Shown here: piece by piece, positions 63,077 through 64,000 of the stretch
How positions within the stretch are numbered: the first letter of the stretch is position 1
How the letters are laid out: every line of letters begins with the position of its first letter
Source: Balanoglossus misakiensis
Taxonomy: Eukaryota > Animalia > Hemichordata
Direction of reading: 5' to 3'
Length of the DNA stretch: 64,000 nucleotides
Assembly: GCA_040954595.2 (NCBI GenBank)
Contig: CM082586.2
Span: 7,781,337 to 7,845,336 of the forward strand
Position numbers and translations under genes: made by a program
Notes under the pieces: model-generated
Told to the model about the DNA's origin: nothing
Seen by the model: the letters and a program-made list of their open reading frames with translations, nothing else
The model's database searches: none

Positions 63077-64000
63077 GATCAGATGTTTAAACAAGATGTC
63101 AATTTGAGCTACATCATATTATAAACACAATTTCCCTAGGGCTGTATTTTATTCGAGAACATGTATATCCATTTTGACGACATCACACGTTACCATGCCA
63201 ATGTTGAAGAGATGGAAGCAGCCTTTGTTTAAATTCAAATAGGTTGTACTGTTACTGAATTGTATCAAGGTATTTTAAGTCAAAAACTCATAATTATGGT
63301 TTTGAAGCAATAATCATAGTTTATCTTTTTACAATATTGCTCAATATGACGTTTACTGTGAGTGAAAAATATGTGGTTTTGAATATGTTAATACTAGTTG
63401 TAGTGTGACAGTTAAACTTTATGTTGTATCTACCATGAAAGTCAAATTTACAAATGTATGTAAAATAAATGGAAGCAGTTTTCAAGGAAAATTAAATGAT
63501 GTGACTATAATTTAGAAGTATTGATCTTCAAACCAAGTTTAGCAGGGTTAGCAATTAAATACAGTGATTAAATAAGACAATGTATATAAATGCAAAGAAT
63601 GAAAACTTAGTTGTGGGGAGCATCCTATTGGTGTTCATGTAAAAGATACAAGATTATGAGGAAAAATGTGTAAACTGGTGAATGTTTTGATTGATGGTGT
63701 CCACAGAACTATATTGTGGTGGAAAGAACAACGATATTATCAAATTATAACCATGCTGCAGTTTGATTCTTGAAATGGTAAATGCATGCGCTTGAATAAG
63801 CTTAAAAATCAGAGGGTTCAATTTTTAACATCCATTCAGCAAGCATTAAATATGAACATAGAACCATCTTATTCAATTTAAAACATACCTAGGCAACACA
63901 GGAAAGGTTTCTGTTTAACTTTTAAATGTAGAGTGTTTTTTTTCTTGGTGTTGTGTTTATAGAACAATAATGTATACAGCGTATGACTTTGCACTATTAA

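Overview
AT-rich, intron-containing eukaryotic (animal) genomic DNA; the repeat content suggests a marine invertebrate, which is inference only. About 1-23 kb is a transposon graveyard. It holds a 5196-bp-period tandem duplication carrying a tyrosine-recombinase gene and a Kolobok-type DDE remnant, a 5'-truncated LINE with target-site duplication, a decayed Penelope-type hammerhead ribozyme, MULE/YqaJ/His-Me-finger remnants and an apparently intact piggyBac. About 23.8-63 kb holds four spliced host genes that I reconstructed by hand from GT-AG sites and exon phases, and that the ORF track shows only in fragments: (1) a divergent ZSWIM4/5/6/8-like BC-box/SWIM protein; (2) a signal peptide + 2x C-type lectin + PKD1/REJ-type GAIN/GPS protein that stops before any transmembrane segment; (3) a minus-strand secreted peptide precursor built from 15-54-nt symmetric phase-1 micro-exons with dibasic cleavage sites and Trp-rich products; (4) a 3x ubiquitin-like + IFI44-like GTPase fusion with an upstream kappaB-type site. 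MITEs, Helentron-type HINEs, a foldback element and microsatellites are interspersed. No database search was run; family calls rest on motif recognition.
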